A stretch of 64,000 bases of DNA, taken from the IMG/VR virus record IMGVR_UViG_3300009506_000009, positions 34,894 through 98,893 of that record. One strand, 5' to 3'. Shown one piece after another: positions 29,276 through 40,442 of this stretch. How positions within the stretch are numbered: position 1 is the first letter of the stretch; every line of letters begins with the position of its first letter. The DNA comes from a virus. The notes under the pieces were generated by a model. It did not search any database, was not told where the DNA came from, and saw only the letters and a list, made by a program, of their open reading frames with translations. The translations under genes were made by a program, and so were the position numbers.

Positions 29276-30664
29276 ATGCACTGGATACAAACCCCACAAG
29301 CAATACGTGACTTCGCCCTTATGCTCAGCATCGCTTTCGGTGCTGAGACCTGGGTGGTTGGGGGCGCATGCCGGGATACAGTCCTGGGTGACACCCCACA
29401 TGACATCGACATCGAGATCACTGGGTTGAGTGAGTACAACTTGACCCACTTGCCCTTCGCTCAGGTAATACCTGGGGGTGATCGGTTCGGTGTTTGGATT
29501 GTGACCTTCCACGATGAGACCTTCGAAGTGGCACTGCCACAAACCCGTGAGCGTGTGGGTGATGGTCACTCAGGCGAGATCGCACACATCGACCCGAACC
29601 TGCCCATTGAGCAGAGCTTAGCACGCCGAGACTTCACGGCTAACGCCATCGCCTGGAATGTGCTGACCGAAGAGATCGTTGATCCCTTCGACGGGATTGA
29701 TGACATCCACACTGGCATCTTACGGGCAGTGAATGCAGGCAACTTCGCTGATGACCCACTGAGAGTACTACGTGGTGTGCAGTTAGCATCACGCACTGGG
29801 CTGGTCCCTGATTGCCCAACGGTATCCGCCGCACAAGCACAGATCGGCGGGTTCAGTGCCCTGAGTTCGGATCGTGTGCGCCAGGAGTGGGTGAAGTGGG
29901 CGCAAGGTTCAACCCCTGCACTGGGCATCAAGTTCCTGGTCGAGTGTGGTTGGATCGAGTGCTTCCCATCGCTGAATGCCTTACGTGAGACGGAGCAGGA
30001 CCCCATCTGGCATCCCGAAGGGGACGCCTTGACCCACACAATCTTTGCCCTGGAAGTCCAGCCAAGCTGTGACCCCATCATCAACTGGGCAATCCTACTG
30101 CACGACATTGCCAAGCCACACTGCACGGCTACTCGTGAAGATGGACGCATCATCAGCCCCGGTCATGACCAACTGGGTGCGGACATGATCCCGGATGTAC
30201 TACGTGAGTTCGGGTTCGAGATACACGGACGCATCCCGGAGTGGGTGCAGGCAGTGCAGGCCATCGTTCGGGAGCACATGTGGGCGGCAAGCCTGAGTGG
30301 TGCACCTGGACACCGTGGTGTACGACGCTTAGCACGACGCTTAGCACCTGCCACTGTTCGTCAGTGGGGTGCTGTCTGCTTAGCAGATGTGGGTGGTCGA
30401 GCAATTGCTCGGAGTGAGAGAAACTCACTGATTGACACCATCCTGGATGTAGCCGAAGACGCTACCAGCCTGGGCATCGTAGATGACGGGCCTGCCAAGA
30501 TCGTCACGGGCAAGTTGCTGATCGAGCATGACATCATCGAGCCTGGAATTGCCATGGGCAAGCTGATCGACCTGCTGTTTGAGCTACAGCTAGACGGATG
30601 GTTCACGGACGAAGAGATCGGGCTACAGTTTGCACGTGAGTTAGTCGAGAACGTGCAGTTATGA
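29276..30664 (+). CDS. cca: class II tRNA nucleotidyltransferase (CCA-adding) with HD domain
   Basis: VVGGACRD, DIDIE, EVALPQTRE, RRDFTANA, DPLRVLRG, HPEGDALTHT, LLHDIAK. Confidence 0.92.
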   Translation: MHWIQTPQAIRDFALMLSIAFGAETWVVGGACRDTVLGDTPHDIDIEITGLSEYNLTHLPFAQVIPGGDRFGVWIVTFHDETFEVALPQTRERVGDGHSGEIAHIDPNLPIEQSLARRDFTANAIAWNVLTEEIVDPFDGIDDIHTGILRAVNAGNFADDPLRVLRGVQLASRTGLVPDCPTVSAAQAQIGGFSALSSDRVRQEWVKWAQGSTPALGIKFLVECGWIECFPSLNALRETEQDPIWHPEGDALTHTIFALEVQPSCDPIINWAILLHDIAKPHCTATREDGRIISPGHDQLGADMIPDVLREFGFEIHGRIPEWVQAVQAIVREHMWAASLSGAPGHRGVRRLARRLAPATVRQWGAVCLADVGGRAIARSERNSLIDTILDVAEDATSLGIVDDGPAKIVTGKLLIEHDIIEPGIAMGKLIDLLFELQLDGWFTDEEIGLQFARELVENVQL

Positions 30665-30711
30665 GAACGGGCTAGTCTCAATTGAGACTAGCCATTTCCC
30701 GGAGGTGAGAG

Positions 30712-31236
30712 ATGACAGTTACAAACACAAACAACGTAGTTGGTATCACATTGGCCTTGCAATACCCATACTTTTGGGAACACAAACCTATGCCCAAGGA
30801 GTTTGATCTTGATTACTTAGCCCACCAACGAGTACAGAAGATCATCAAGAGCATGGGCATGCGGTACGACCTGTGGGAAGGTGGCGCACAGGATAGTGCC
30901 TACTACACACTCAAAGACCTTCCAAAAGGATTGACCTGGGACGAAGCCATCGAAGCAGTTGAAATTGCATGGTTCGATACGCCTACTGATCACCCAATTA
31001 TGTACTGCCATGAGTGTGAACAGTTTACACAATGGACTATCCCAACCTTCCATCTCAAATGCACAGTGTGTGGTGAGTGGCAATACGGCGAGAGTGAAGA
31101 GTACTTACTAGAAGAACACCCGCTTGAGTATTGGACAGAAGACAACACTATGTTAGAAGAGTGGGAGAAGTTTGGTCCACAGGAAGATGGAGAAATGAAG
31201 GAGTACGGTAATGGAAACAGACCAGTTGATCGTTGA
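30712..31236 (+). CDS. hypothetical protein with Zn ribbon
   Basis: CHEC...CTVCG; GGAGGT RBS. Confidence 0.55.
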   Translation: MTVTNTNNVVGITLALQYPYFWEHKPMPKEFDLDYLAHQRVQKIIKSMGMRYDLWEGGAQDSAYYTLKDLPKGLTWDEAIEAVEIAWFDTPTDHPIMYCHECEQFTQWTIPTFHLKCTVCGEWQYGESEEYLLEEHPLEYWTEDNTMLEEWEKFGPQEDGEMKEYGNGNRPVDR

Positions 31237-32326
31237 AGTTGTGCAAAGTGATGTAGATGATTATGTCATATTCACAAAGAACCTAAATCAGGAACCTGTC
31301 CAAGTGACTAAGCCTGGAACCTATGCGGCAGACTGCTTCATCATCGCAGGAACAAGTGCAAGCAGACAAGGCACAAACTATGGCACTACCTTTGGTAGTA
31401 GCACAGGCTGGTACTACTCCAACAAGAAATATCGTTTCATGCCTGGAACACCAGACTGGGTAAGTAAGATCATAGCACAGGCTGGTCACTATACAGGCGG
31501 AGGTGGCAAGGCATACTATCCTGGCAAATACATCATCTTTAACAAGCGGTTGTTCAAAACTGTGAAGGGTGCACAGCAAGAAGCCAAATGGTTGATGGGC
31601 GGACGACGACAAGGTTGGTAGTATCAATTGAGACTTCACGACTGTGAGCCACCAGGACGCTCTCTAACGAGCGCACTGCCCTGCACAGGATAAAACATAC
31701 ACATCAGCACAGCACGCCAGTCCTGGCAAGCCTGTGTTGTTCCTGGACCACAATGCAAGTAGGGTTGTGGTCCTGAATTTCAGTAAGTTTGGACATCCTA
31801 CTGTAAGTAGGACCCCTTGGTTAGTGTACATAGTACACGAAGGAGAGAGAGACATGAGTATAACCTACGAAGAACTTGAGATTGCCCACTTCCAAGCAAT
31901 GAGTGTTGCACAAGGGTTGGCAGGCCGAGTGGTAGACGCATTCCTGGGTCGCAAGTGGGACGACCTGAGCGAGAATGAGCACCAGTTATTGATCCCGTTG
32001 ATGAGTAACAACCCACTCGGTGTGCTGGTAGCCTACCTTGCACTGGATGACAACGGGGTCATCATCCGATGGGAAGACAGCCCCGAAGGGATTGAGTACT
32101 GGAAGGGTGTCTACGAACGAGCGGGATACGACTTCGAGAGTAAGACATGGAGGCAAGATGATCCACTCCCCTTATGGGAGAAATTGGGAGACATCCCCAT
32201 TGATGAGAACGAAGCAATTGAAGAGCCGTTCTTACACTTCCCACGGGGTACAGATCGGTTCACGATCTGGCACTGGTTCGAAGAGCGGTTTGATATTACA
32301 ATTGGTGAAATGATACAGGAGAGTGA

Positions 32327-32632
32327 ATGATGTTGATGTTGACTAAGCAAAACCGTAAGGACCTACCTGCGTTATACTCGCAGGAGGACAAGGGTGATGA
32401 CGCTATCGCCCATGTGAAGTTCTTCACACCTGACGCTGGCTGGACGTGGTACGCTACAGAGTTCGATGGTGATGACTGCTTCTTTGGGCTGGTGGTTGGG
32501 TTGGACACAGAGCTTGGGTACTTCTCACTGCGTGAGTTGCAGTCAGTGACCGGGCCGTTTGGCCTGCCTATTGAACGAGATCGCCACTTCACCCCTTGCA
32601 CATTGCGGGAATGCCGGAGGAAGCACATATGA
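32327..32632 (+). CDS. DUF2958 protein
   Basis: VKFFTPDAGWTWYATE...FFGLV...ELGYFSLREL...IERDRHF. Confidence 0.85.
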   Translation: MMLMLTKQNRKDLPALYSQEDKGDDAIAHVKFFTPDAGWTWYATEFDGDDCFFGLVVGLDTELGYFSLRELQSVTGPFGLPIERDRHFTPCTLRECRRKHI

Positions 32633-32754
32633 GTACACACAAAATGCTGTTCAACACTGGGGTTCTACCCCAAAATCGTCCTGGTGGGACGTTGATGGAA
32701 CATCAGTCCTGGCTACTCTGAAGCGTGTGGAGTGTGGGATTAAAAACTAGCCCC

Positions 32755-32798
32755 TTGACAGGGGCATTTCAATCTGCTAAAATTGTATCAGTTGAGAC
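32755..32798 (+). promoter_or_regulatory. sigma70 promoter with a 14-bp palindromic site over the start point
   Basis: TTGACA-17-TAAAAT then GTATCAGTTGAGAC. Confidence 0.75.
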
Positions 32799-33665
32799 AA
32801 AGGAGTTGAGCATGTATCCACACAAACAGGATGAGTATTGCCCACGATGTGGGAACCTATGGGAAACCCGGACACGCAGTGGACTGGGTAGCATAAGCAC
32901 CTGCCCTAATAAGCATGCGTGGGCAGTGAATGTTGAGCGAGCACCTTACATGAAGATTGACGCCAACACCAAGTACGGCGATGATCGCATCCACAAGGCC
33001 CTGGCAGGCTGGTGCATTACTGAGTTGACTGGTGACGCTGAGCGGTATGTTCCCACGTTTGAAGTCCCGGAAGATGGTAAGTACTTCACACCCAAGCAGT
33101 ACGCAGAAGCACGCATATACTGGGGGAGCCTGACGGATGAAGAAGAGCAAATGTTCTACGAACACTACACCAGGGGGGCAGGCAAGGGTCTCTTCCGTGG
33201 TGTTGATGAAGACACTACCTTCGAAGACTACCAAGTGATCAGCATGCTTCAAACTGAGTTTGAAATCGCACACGACATCTAAGGAGTAGCCAATGGCTAA
33301 GAAACCGAAGAGTGTAGCAATCAACATGAGTGACATCATCCTAGCCAAGAAGCGGGTCCCGAATGAACACATCAAGATTGAGTTCAAAGACTGGACCTTG
33401 TTTCGCAAATGGTTGGGTGATCGACCAGTGTTCCCACGCAAATCTGCCTTACAGTGGGACAAGAACACAGCGTGGTATGAGAAGTACTACGAACGTACAC
33501 CATACTGGGTGCAGGTGACGCTGTGGGGAGACGACGACCTGCTATTGACTGCTGTCTTTGACAGCAAGGACAAGGCACTGGAATGCTTTGATGATATACT
33601 AACAACCCCGGATGATACCGAACCTGACTGGGACAAATGGGGCTTTGGATAAACAGGAGAGTAAC

Positions 33666-34082
33666 ATGGCACGAACAGTTTCAAGACCTTGTAATGCTAC
33701 TGCGGTAGCCTATACTCACTTAGAGTATGAAGATGAGTACGACGACTGGACCTTTGACAACTTCGTTGAGTGGTTCAAAGACACCTGCAAAGAACATTGG
33801 CCTAGCCTGGAAGAGCCGAACAAATCCACCTGGATTGGCAGAGAAGATCACGTGCTCTTAGAGAATGCCCATGCACAGATTGGTATCTCTGAGTACATGG
33901 GGTTGGTTGCCGTTTGGATTGTGCCTGTTAATGATGACTGGTACTATGAACACAACGGGCTACATGATCACTGGTGTGCTCAGATTGAACCTAAGTTTGA
34001 AGAGTTGTTTGGTACCTTACGCAAAATAGGAACCTTCTCCAATGGGGAAGCGGTGTTCGAGCGAAGGAGAGTATCAAATTAG
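33666..34082 (+). CDS. conserved phage protein
   Basis: AGGAG RBS; C-terminal GTFSNGEAVFE. Confidence 0.55.
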   Translation: MARTVSRPCNATAVAYTHLEYEDEYDDWTFDNFVEWFKDTCKEHWPSLEEPNKSTWIGREDHVLLENAHAQIGISEYMGLVAVWIVPVNDDWYYEHNGLHDHWCAQIEPKFEELFGTLRKIGTFSNGEAVFERRRVSN

Positions 34083-34383
34083 TACTTGACAAACATGGAC
34101 GCCCCCGGTAAAATGGTGGTGTCCTTATTTCCTGGAGGTGAGAGATGACTAGAACAATATGGATCGGAGCGGACTACCCCTGGAGTGGCATGCCCTGGCA
34201 GGTGTTCACGGATCGTGAGCAGTTCGGTTGTAACACACGCTGTATTGCTATGATACACGAAGGCCATGTACCTGATGACGCTGAGCAGGTGTATGCCGAT
34301 GATGCCTGCATAATCTATCGGTACGCAGGTATCATGTTTCAAATCGACAAGCACGGAGAGATCACTGTGATCGGAGGTAAATA

Positions 34384-34896
34384 ATGACTGGTTGCACGAA
34401 TGTTTTCTTCGAGGATGACGGGTACTGCACAGCATGTGGTGAATACCACAAACGTGGCAAGCGCACAGATGCACCCACCTACGCAGTTAAGGAAGCGACA
34501 CCCGTCGCCGGGACAGAAGCAAGTGTCAAGCAGGTTGTCCGGGAAACCCTGGATAAACTGATTGCCATCTACGGGATTGCCTGTGGCTTGAAGTTCACCC
34601 GTGGTATGCGGGGTAGGGCTATCCACAACATGATAACAAAAGAGCACCGCTTTGTCCTGGGTGTGCCACGCCTGCTAGATGACTTCGAAACAGGCTTCAA
34701 AGAATACACGACTGTAGCTCCACTGGTGGGGTTAAATAATAGGGACCCACTAATGGGTATGGACGCAGTCAAGCAAACTGTATACCATGAGTATGCCCAC
34801 GTACTACAGGTGCACCGTGGTTTATACAAACCACGAGGGGATCATGACCTTAACTTTGTAAAGTGCTACCGTGAAGTTATGAAGGCCATGAGATAA
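34384..34896 (+). CDS. SprT-like zincin
   Basis: HEYAHV...HD..F. Confidence 0.6.
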   Translation: MTGCTNVFFEDDGYCTACGEYHKRGKRTDAPTYAVKEATPVAGTEASVKQVVRETLDKLIAIYGIACGLKFTRGMRGRAIHNMITKEHRFVLGVPRLLDDFETGFKEYTTVAPLVGLNNRDPLMGMDAVKQTVYHEYAHVLQVHRGLYKPRGDHDLNFVKCYREVMKAMR

Positions 34897-35540
34897 CCTA
34901 TTGACAAGTCTGCCAGACCTATGGTAGACTTGATTTACCGGAGGTGAAATATGACGTATCGAGTTGAAATATGGCGACAGTGGGACCTGCAAGAGCAGGA
35001 GCGTGGACGTAACCGCAAGTTTGCAGAGTTGAATAACTTATACCTGCGGTGTGAGCGTGGTGACGTGCAGATGTCTGTAGCTATAAGTAATGAGCTTCGC
35101 ACGTTGGTTTATCAAGCGTATGATCCTGTGGCTGACGCACAGATAATCGCTTGGTGGGCTGATGAGTTTATGACTTTACCGGGCTGGTTAGACTATTAGA
35201 CTGGAGGATATTACTATGCGTGAAATGGCTTGTGTTGATTGTAATTGGGTTGGTTCGGAAGATGATGTTGAGTGGGCTTTGAATGGTCGAGACTATGACC
35301 AGGATGAAGAGCCTGTCTGCCCTATCTGCATGGGGCAAGTCCGGTGGGCAAAGTACTGGGTCGTGGTCTACGCCAATGGGGACAACATCTACCGTGGGAC
35401 CTTGTGCCTGGAAGGTGATGACCTGGAGCAGGTTGCAGTTAAGGCTGAGACCTTATCCGTGGGTGGTGGGCACCCCATTGATATCCTGGGACCTATTGAC
35501 TACCACATTACATCAGCTATCTAAATACCTGGAGGTTACA

Positions 35541-35837
35541 ATGATAAAAATCTGGCATGCAAATACTCGTGAGTCAAGGTTCAATGATCAGTGGCCTGTC
35601 AACTTTCCTGATAACTACCAGGAAATCTGCACCTTAGATGTACCGTATAACCTGGATGACATCTATGACTACTGCAACAACAAGCCTTGGGATGAAATTC
35701 CCTGGTATGAGCAAGCTGATGTCACTCTGGCAAAGGGTATTAATGGTGCCCGTTCATTGAGTGCAGGCGACCTGATCCAGATCGGTGACATCTTGATCCG
35801 GGTGATGGGTGTGGGCTTTGAGTTAGTAAAATATTAA
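35541..35837 (+). CDS. YodL-like protein
   Basis: LDDIYDYCN...RSLSAGDLI...GF. Confidence 0.55.
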   Translation: MIKIWHANTRESRFNDQWPVNFPDNYQEICTLDVPYNLDDIYDYCNNKPWDEIPWYEQADVTLAKGINGARSLSAGDLIQIGDILIRVMGVGFELVKY

Positions 35838-36593
35838 CCCCTTGACAAGGGGGAGTTAATCTGGTAACATGGAGGTTGACATGCCTAACATTCGTAAGGC
35901 CAACAAGCGTGACGCTAAGCGTCGCAATGCACAGTACGGTCACAAGGGTGGTAGCAGACCTTACCTGCACATCATTAACCGCAAGAACAAAGAGCAGAAG
36001 GCTCGGAGGAAACAACATGGCTGAACAGTTTGAACTTGAAGAACTTGATGGCTGGTGGCGAGACTTTGAAGATTACACGGATGAAGAAGATAGCTTAGAT
36101 GATCTTCGCCTGGGCGATGAGATTACCCATAGTGAGTACGGGAAGTGCACCTTCCGTGTGTGGGAGGATCGGGATGAAGGTATCGCTGTTATTGAGCTTG
36201 CCGATGGAACCTTCGAAGAAGTGTTTATTGACGTAGAAAACCTTGTGGAGGATCGAGATGAGTGACTTTGACTTGTACTGGGATGAGGACGAGTTCATTG
36301 ATGAGTGGGTTTTTGATGAAGAGCCAGATGAAGAGCCAGAAGCACTTCATGTGATCCGCATCACAACCCAAGACAATGGTAAAGTTTCTATGTACAACTG
36401 GACCAACGATAACCTAGACACTGGATACCCGTCAGAGGATGCTTCCTGGACAACCACTTTCCCATCTGTACGTGACGCCCTGCGTTCTACGGGCGGAAGT
36501 CGGTACGGTCTGGCTTGTCGAGTTGAGGTCTATGTAGACGGGAAAGAGATGTCTGACGAAGAGGTAGATACTTATCTAGGTAAATAGCTTTTG

Positions 36594-36737
36594 AGCACCC
36601 GCTGGCCTGCAAAGTCCAGCACGTAATACCTGCTCCCTTCTGAATGCTGTAGGAACACCTTGGCGTGGTGGTATCAGTGAGGTTAGGCAGTAGGCTGGAG
36701 CACAGTCTCCATAAGGAACGGGCAAGAGCCGGGTGCT
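36594..36737 (+). ncRNA. putative structured RNA
   Basis: Closing stem AGCACCCG/CGGGTGCT with internal hairpins; intergenic. Confidence 0.45.
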
Positions 36738-36744
36738 ATTTCAT

Positions 36745-36825
36745 GGGGCGTAGTGGTAGACGTACCAAATTGGATGAAGGCATGGCGGCACCATGCCGTA
36801 GCGGGTTCGATCCCCGTCCGCTCCA
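36745..36825 (+). ncRNA. tRNA-like RNA with Ala-type acceptor stem and no canonical anticodon loop
   Basis: GGGGCG/CGCTCC-A with G3:U70; T-arm GCGGG-TTCGATC-CCCGT; 7-bp stem with 5-nt loop in place of the anticodon arm. Confidence 0.7.
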
Positions 36826-39191
36826 CTAGGCAGGCCCCCGCAGGTGATGCGGGTACATGTGGGCAACACACCCCACCGCTGGTACGATGATGCCTGCCCT
36901 TCACTGGGATGAAATAGGGTAAGCCCAGTGTTGATCACATCCCTATCCCATGCTGGCCTGGGAGATGACCAGCAACAATATATCGGAGGATAAAATGGCA
37001 CACTTTGATACAGCGCAGTATACCGAACAGCTAAATCCCCATCGGTACACGTTCCATGTCCCTTGTCTTGTATGCAGGACGGTTGGGGATATTGACATAC
37101 CTGCTCAGGAATTGTTTGAGTACCGTCAGGGAAAGCTAATCCAGCATGCTATGCGATCCGTCAGTGTTGATAACAGGGAATGGTTAATCAGCGGTATCTG
37201 CCCAACCTGCTGGAATGAAATGTTCCCACCAGAGGAGGATGAATATGAGTACGCCTATTGACTTAAACGAATTGCATGACATCCCACCAGTACTGAAAGA
37301 AGTTTTAGAAATAGTTGAACAGGGGTCAGGTAAGAAGATTACCCATCCAGACTGTCACACCTGTACCCATCGTAGATCGGTTCCAGGCAGTGCACACAGT
37401 GAATGTGTTTCCTTTGAGGACCCCACATCTCGCCTACTACTAGCGTCTGGTGTACTAACATGGGGCGGTAATGGGATACCACGGGTGTCTAGTAATATAC
37501 CTATCGTAGGGTTACACAGGATCGGGGTACATGGGGGTTGGGCAACATGGCCCATCGACTTTGACCCACGATGGGTATTGTGGTGCCTGAGTTATGAACC
37601 AAGAAAGGAATGAAAATGACTTTCCAATCTGAGTTATATGATCCTATTGAATTGCCTACACTAGATGGATCAGACCAACCCGAAGCACCTACATTCTGGT
37701 TGTTCATCTTGTCTGTGAATGGTGCGCCTGGAGGGTTCATGGTCTTCACTGGTGCCACAGAGGATGACGCATACAATAAGTTACGCCTTTCCACCACACG
37801 CACAGTTGAACATGTCTTCGGCCCGTTCGATAAATATCCTGAAGGTGAGTAAGCTTCATATTATATAAACCTTGTGTCTTATGATCTAATTCGTGGAAAA
37901 AATGGAGAATGAAATGCCTACTGCTATCTGTACCAATTGTGTGTTCTGCTTTCATGACATTAAAAATAGAATGGCACCTACCGTCTGGTATAACTGGGTT
38001 TGTACACACAAGTCGGTTGAACGCAAACCAATGATTAATCCTGTCACTGGTGAGCATGAATATGAAGACTCAAACGATCTTGGTGGTGTATTCACCACAA
38101 CAGAACCATATCCATTCTGTCGGGATATTAATGTTCGTGGAGAATGCCAGAAGTATGAGGAGAAATAACATGAGTGACAACCGTAAACGTTTAGCCGAAG
38201 GTGTGCAGTTGATCAGCACACAGCCGTTCAATGCTGATACCTTGCTTCAGTTTATCAGCTTGACTTACAAAACCTATGCTCAAGGGATAGGTATCCCACA
38301 CGAGCAGGTGATGCAAATCATCCAGGATAACATCGATCCTGACCGGGTGATGATCTCTAAGAAACGTCTCGCAGAACTGGAAGATGCTGAAACTGCGATC
38401 CAGTACCTGAACATGGCAGGGGTAGATAACTGGTCCGGGTGTGAGTATGCCTATGAGTTGGCACGTGAGGATGGAGTAGATATAAGCATATGATTACACC
38501 ACAACGAGTTTCCCAGATAAACTGTCAACTAAATAGCATCCTGAAAGAGTGGATCGAAGTGTTTTATGAGAAGCTACCTGACGGGGACTACCAAGCTCGT
38601 GCTGAGGTAACAATCAAAGATGGTATCCCTTACTTGAGTTTCCCCTACCTTGTCGAACCCGGACAACCAGGAGAACCCTTGACAGAATAGCACCATGGTG
38701 GTAAGCTAATAGAAACTACACAGACATAGGAGCAAAATATGAAGGCACTCTGGCAACTACTAGACTTTTTCATCCAAGTACTTTTGTTTGTCCCGGCAGT
38801 GATCATGGAAGTTGGTACGTTTCTAATGTCCCTGATTGGTGTGATCGTTGCCGCCGCTATGATCATCCCGGCTGTTGGATTGTTCTTGCTGATCATCATC
38901 CTGATCTTTTAATACGGAGGTTATAATGAAAGCGTTAGTTCGAGTTAACCGTGATAGTGCAGTATCTCCGAAGCGTCCCGAAACTACCATCGAGGTGCAT
39001 GGAAAAGGTAAAGCCGCAAGTGTTGAGTTTGTCTACCCTGATGGTCGCCGGATTGAGTACGACCTGCATGATCTTCTCTCTGCATTGAAGGGGCTGGAGT
39101 TGTCCAGCCGATAAGTGATACTTGACAGGGTGCCGAAGGTGTGGTACCCTGTATTTACTGGCCCTAACCCAACTACCAAACGGAGGTTCTA

Positions 39192-40070
39192 ATGGCTAAG
39201 AAATCTATCTACCAAATCGTGACCGAACAAATCATCACCATGCTTGAGCAGGACCTGATCCCTTGGCGTCGCCCTTGGGTGGCATCCGCACAACGCAATG
39301 CGATCACTAAGAACTACTACAACGGGTTCAACGTGTTTGTCCTGGAAGCCACCAAGATGGCTAATGAATACTCCAAGTCACTCTGGTGCTCAGTCAAACA
39401 AGCGAAGCGGAAGAAGGGGACCCTAAAAGAAACCGAGTATGGCAACTCAGCCCAAGTTATCTTCTGGCCTACCAAGCGAGAAGAGAATGATGAAGGCAAG
39501 ATGGTTACCCGCTTCCTTGGCATCCGTTATTATAACGTATACAACGTGGATCAGTTTGACTGGGAAGACCCTTCCTTCCTGGATGAGCTTGAGGCCCTGC
39601 CCAATGAGCGCACACAGATCGACCCGGACGTGTTTATCTTTGAACATATGCCCAAGAAGGTGGATGTACGCCACCGATATGACAAGGCGTTCTACGTTCC
39701 TTCAGCAGACTATGTTGGTATGCCTAAACCAAAACAGTTTACCAGTGATGGGGAGTACTATAGCACACTGTTCCACGAAATCACACACAGCACGGGGCAC
39801 AAGTCCCGCCTGGGTCGGTTCGAAGGTGACGTGGAAGAGACCACCTTCGGGAGTGAGAGTTACTCGTTTGAGGAACTGGTCGCTGAACTGGGTGCGGCAA
39901 TGTTGTGTGCAGTGTGGGGCATCAGTGATGACCGTGTGCTGGAAAACAGTGCATCCTATATCAAGTCCTGGAAGTCACGCCTAACTGACAACCCTACTTG
40001 GATGGTACAGGCTTCATCCAAGGCAACTAAAGCAGTGCAGTATACGATGGGAGAGAAAGTCAATGCGTAA
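39192..40070 (+). CDS. ardC: ArdC-like antirestriction protein (ssDNA-binding domain + zincin)
   Basis: IYQIVTEQII...IPWRRPW, YNGFN, YNVYNVDQ, YYSTLFHEITHSTGH, EELVAELGA, SASYIKSW. Confidence 0.9.
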   Translation: MAKKSIYQIVTEQIITMLEQDLIPWRRPWVASAQRNAITKNYYNGFNVFVLEATKMANEYSKSLWCSVKQAKRKKGTLKETEYGNSAQVIFWPTKREENDEGKMVTRFLGIRYYNVYNVDQFDWEDPSFLDELEALPNERTQIDPDVFIFEHMPKKVDVRHRYDKAFYVPSADYVGMPKPKQFTSDGEYYSTLFHEITHSTGHKSRLGRFEGDVEETTFGSESYSFEELVAELGAAMLCAVWGISDDRVLENSASYIKSWKSRLTDNPTWMVQASSKATKAVQYTMGEKVNA

Positions 40071-40442
40071 AGATTGGACGAATGAAGACTTCGAGTTTCT
40101 CTTAGAGAAAGTTAACGCAGGTGAAATCATCTTGGTTGCTGACCATGACCTTGGGATACCAACCATCCATGGGATCGCTGGCACGGAGCATGATGGGTTC
40201 GGCTTCTTCACTGCTACCACTGCGGAGTACACTGTCCAGTTTGAAGGTGGAACTGGGATGCCCCGTACTCCATCAGGAAAAGGGTACACAAAAGTCAAAG
40301 TACTTCGTGGTGTGTTCCCTTACAACTGTCAGCAGGTTGCCCAGACTATTGAAGACTTAATCAGTGAATAACCCTTGACAGGATACCAGATGTCTGATAT
40401 CCTGTATTTGTTGATACAGACAGCTACCACCTGGAGGTTGAA

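Noticed and set aside
36745-36828. Intact or permuted tmRNA gene
   Set aside because: The 5' and 3' acceptor strands are only ~80 nt apart in unpermuted order, and no tag reading frame lies between them.
36900-36950. Pistol ribozyme
   Set aside because: AAATAG, TAAGCCC and GTTGAT resemble pistol, but the P3/P2 junction with the GU cleavage site is missing.
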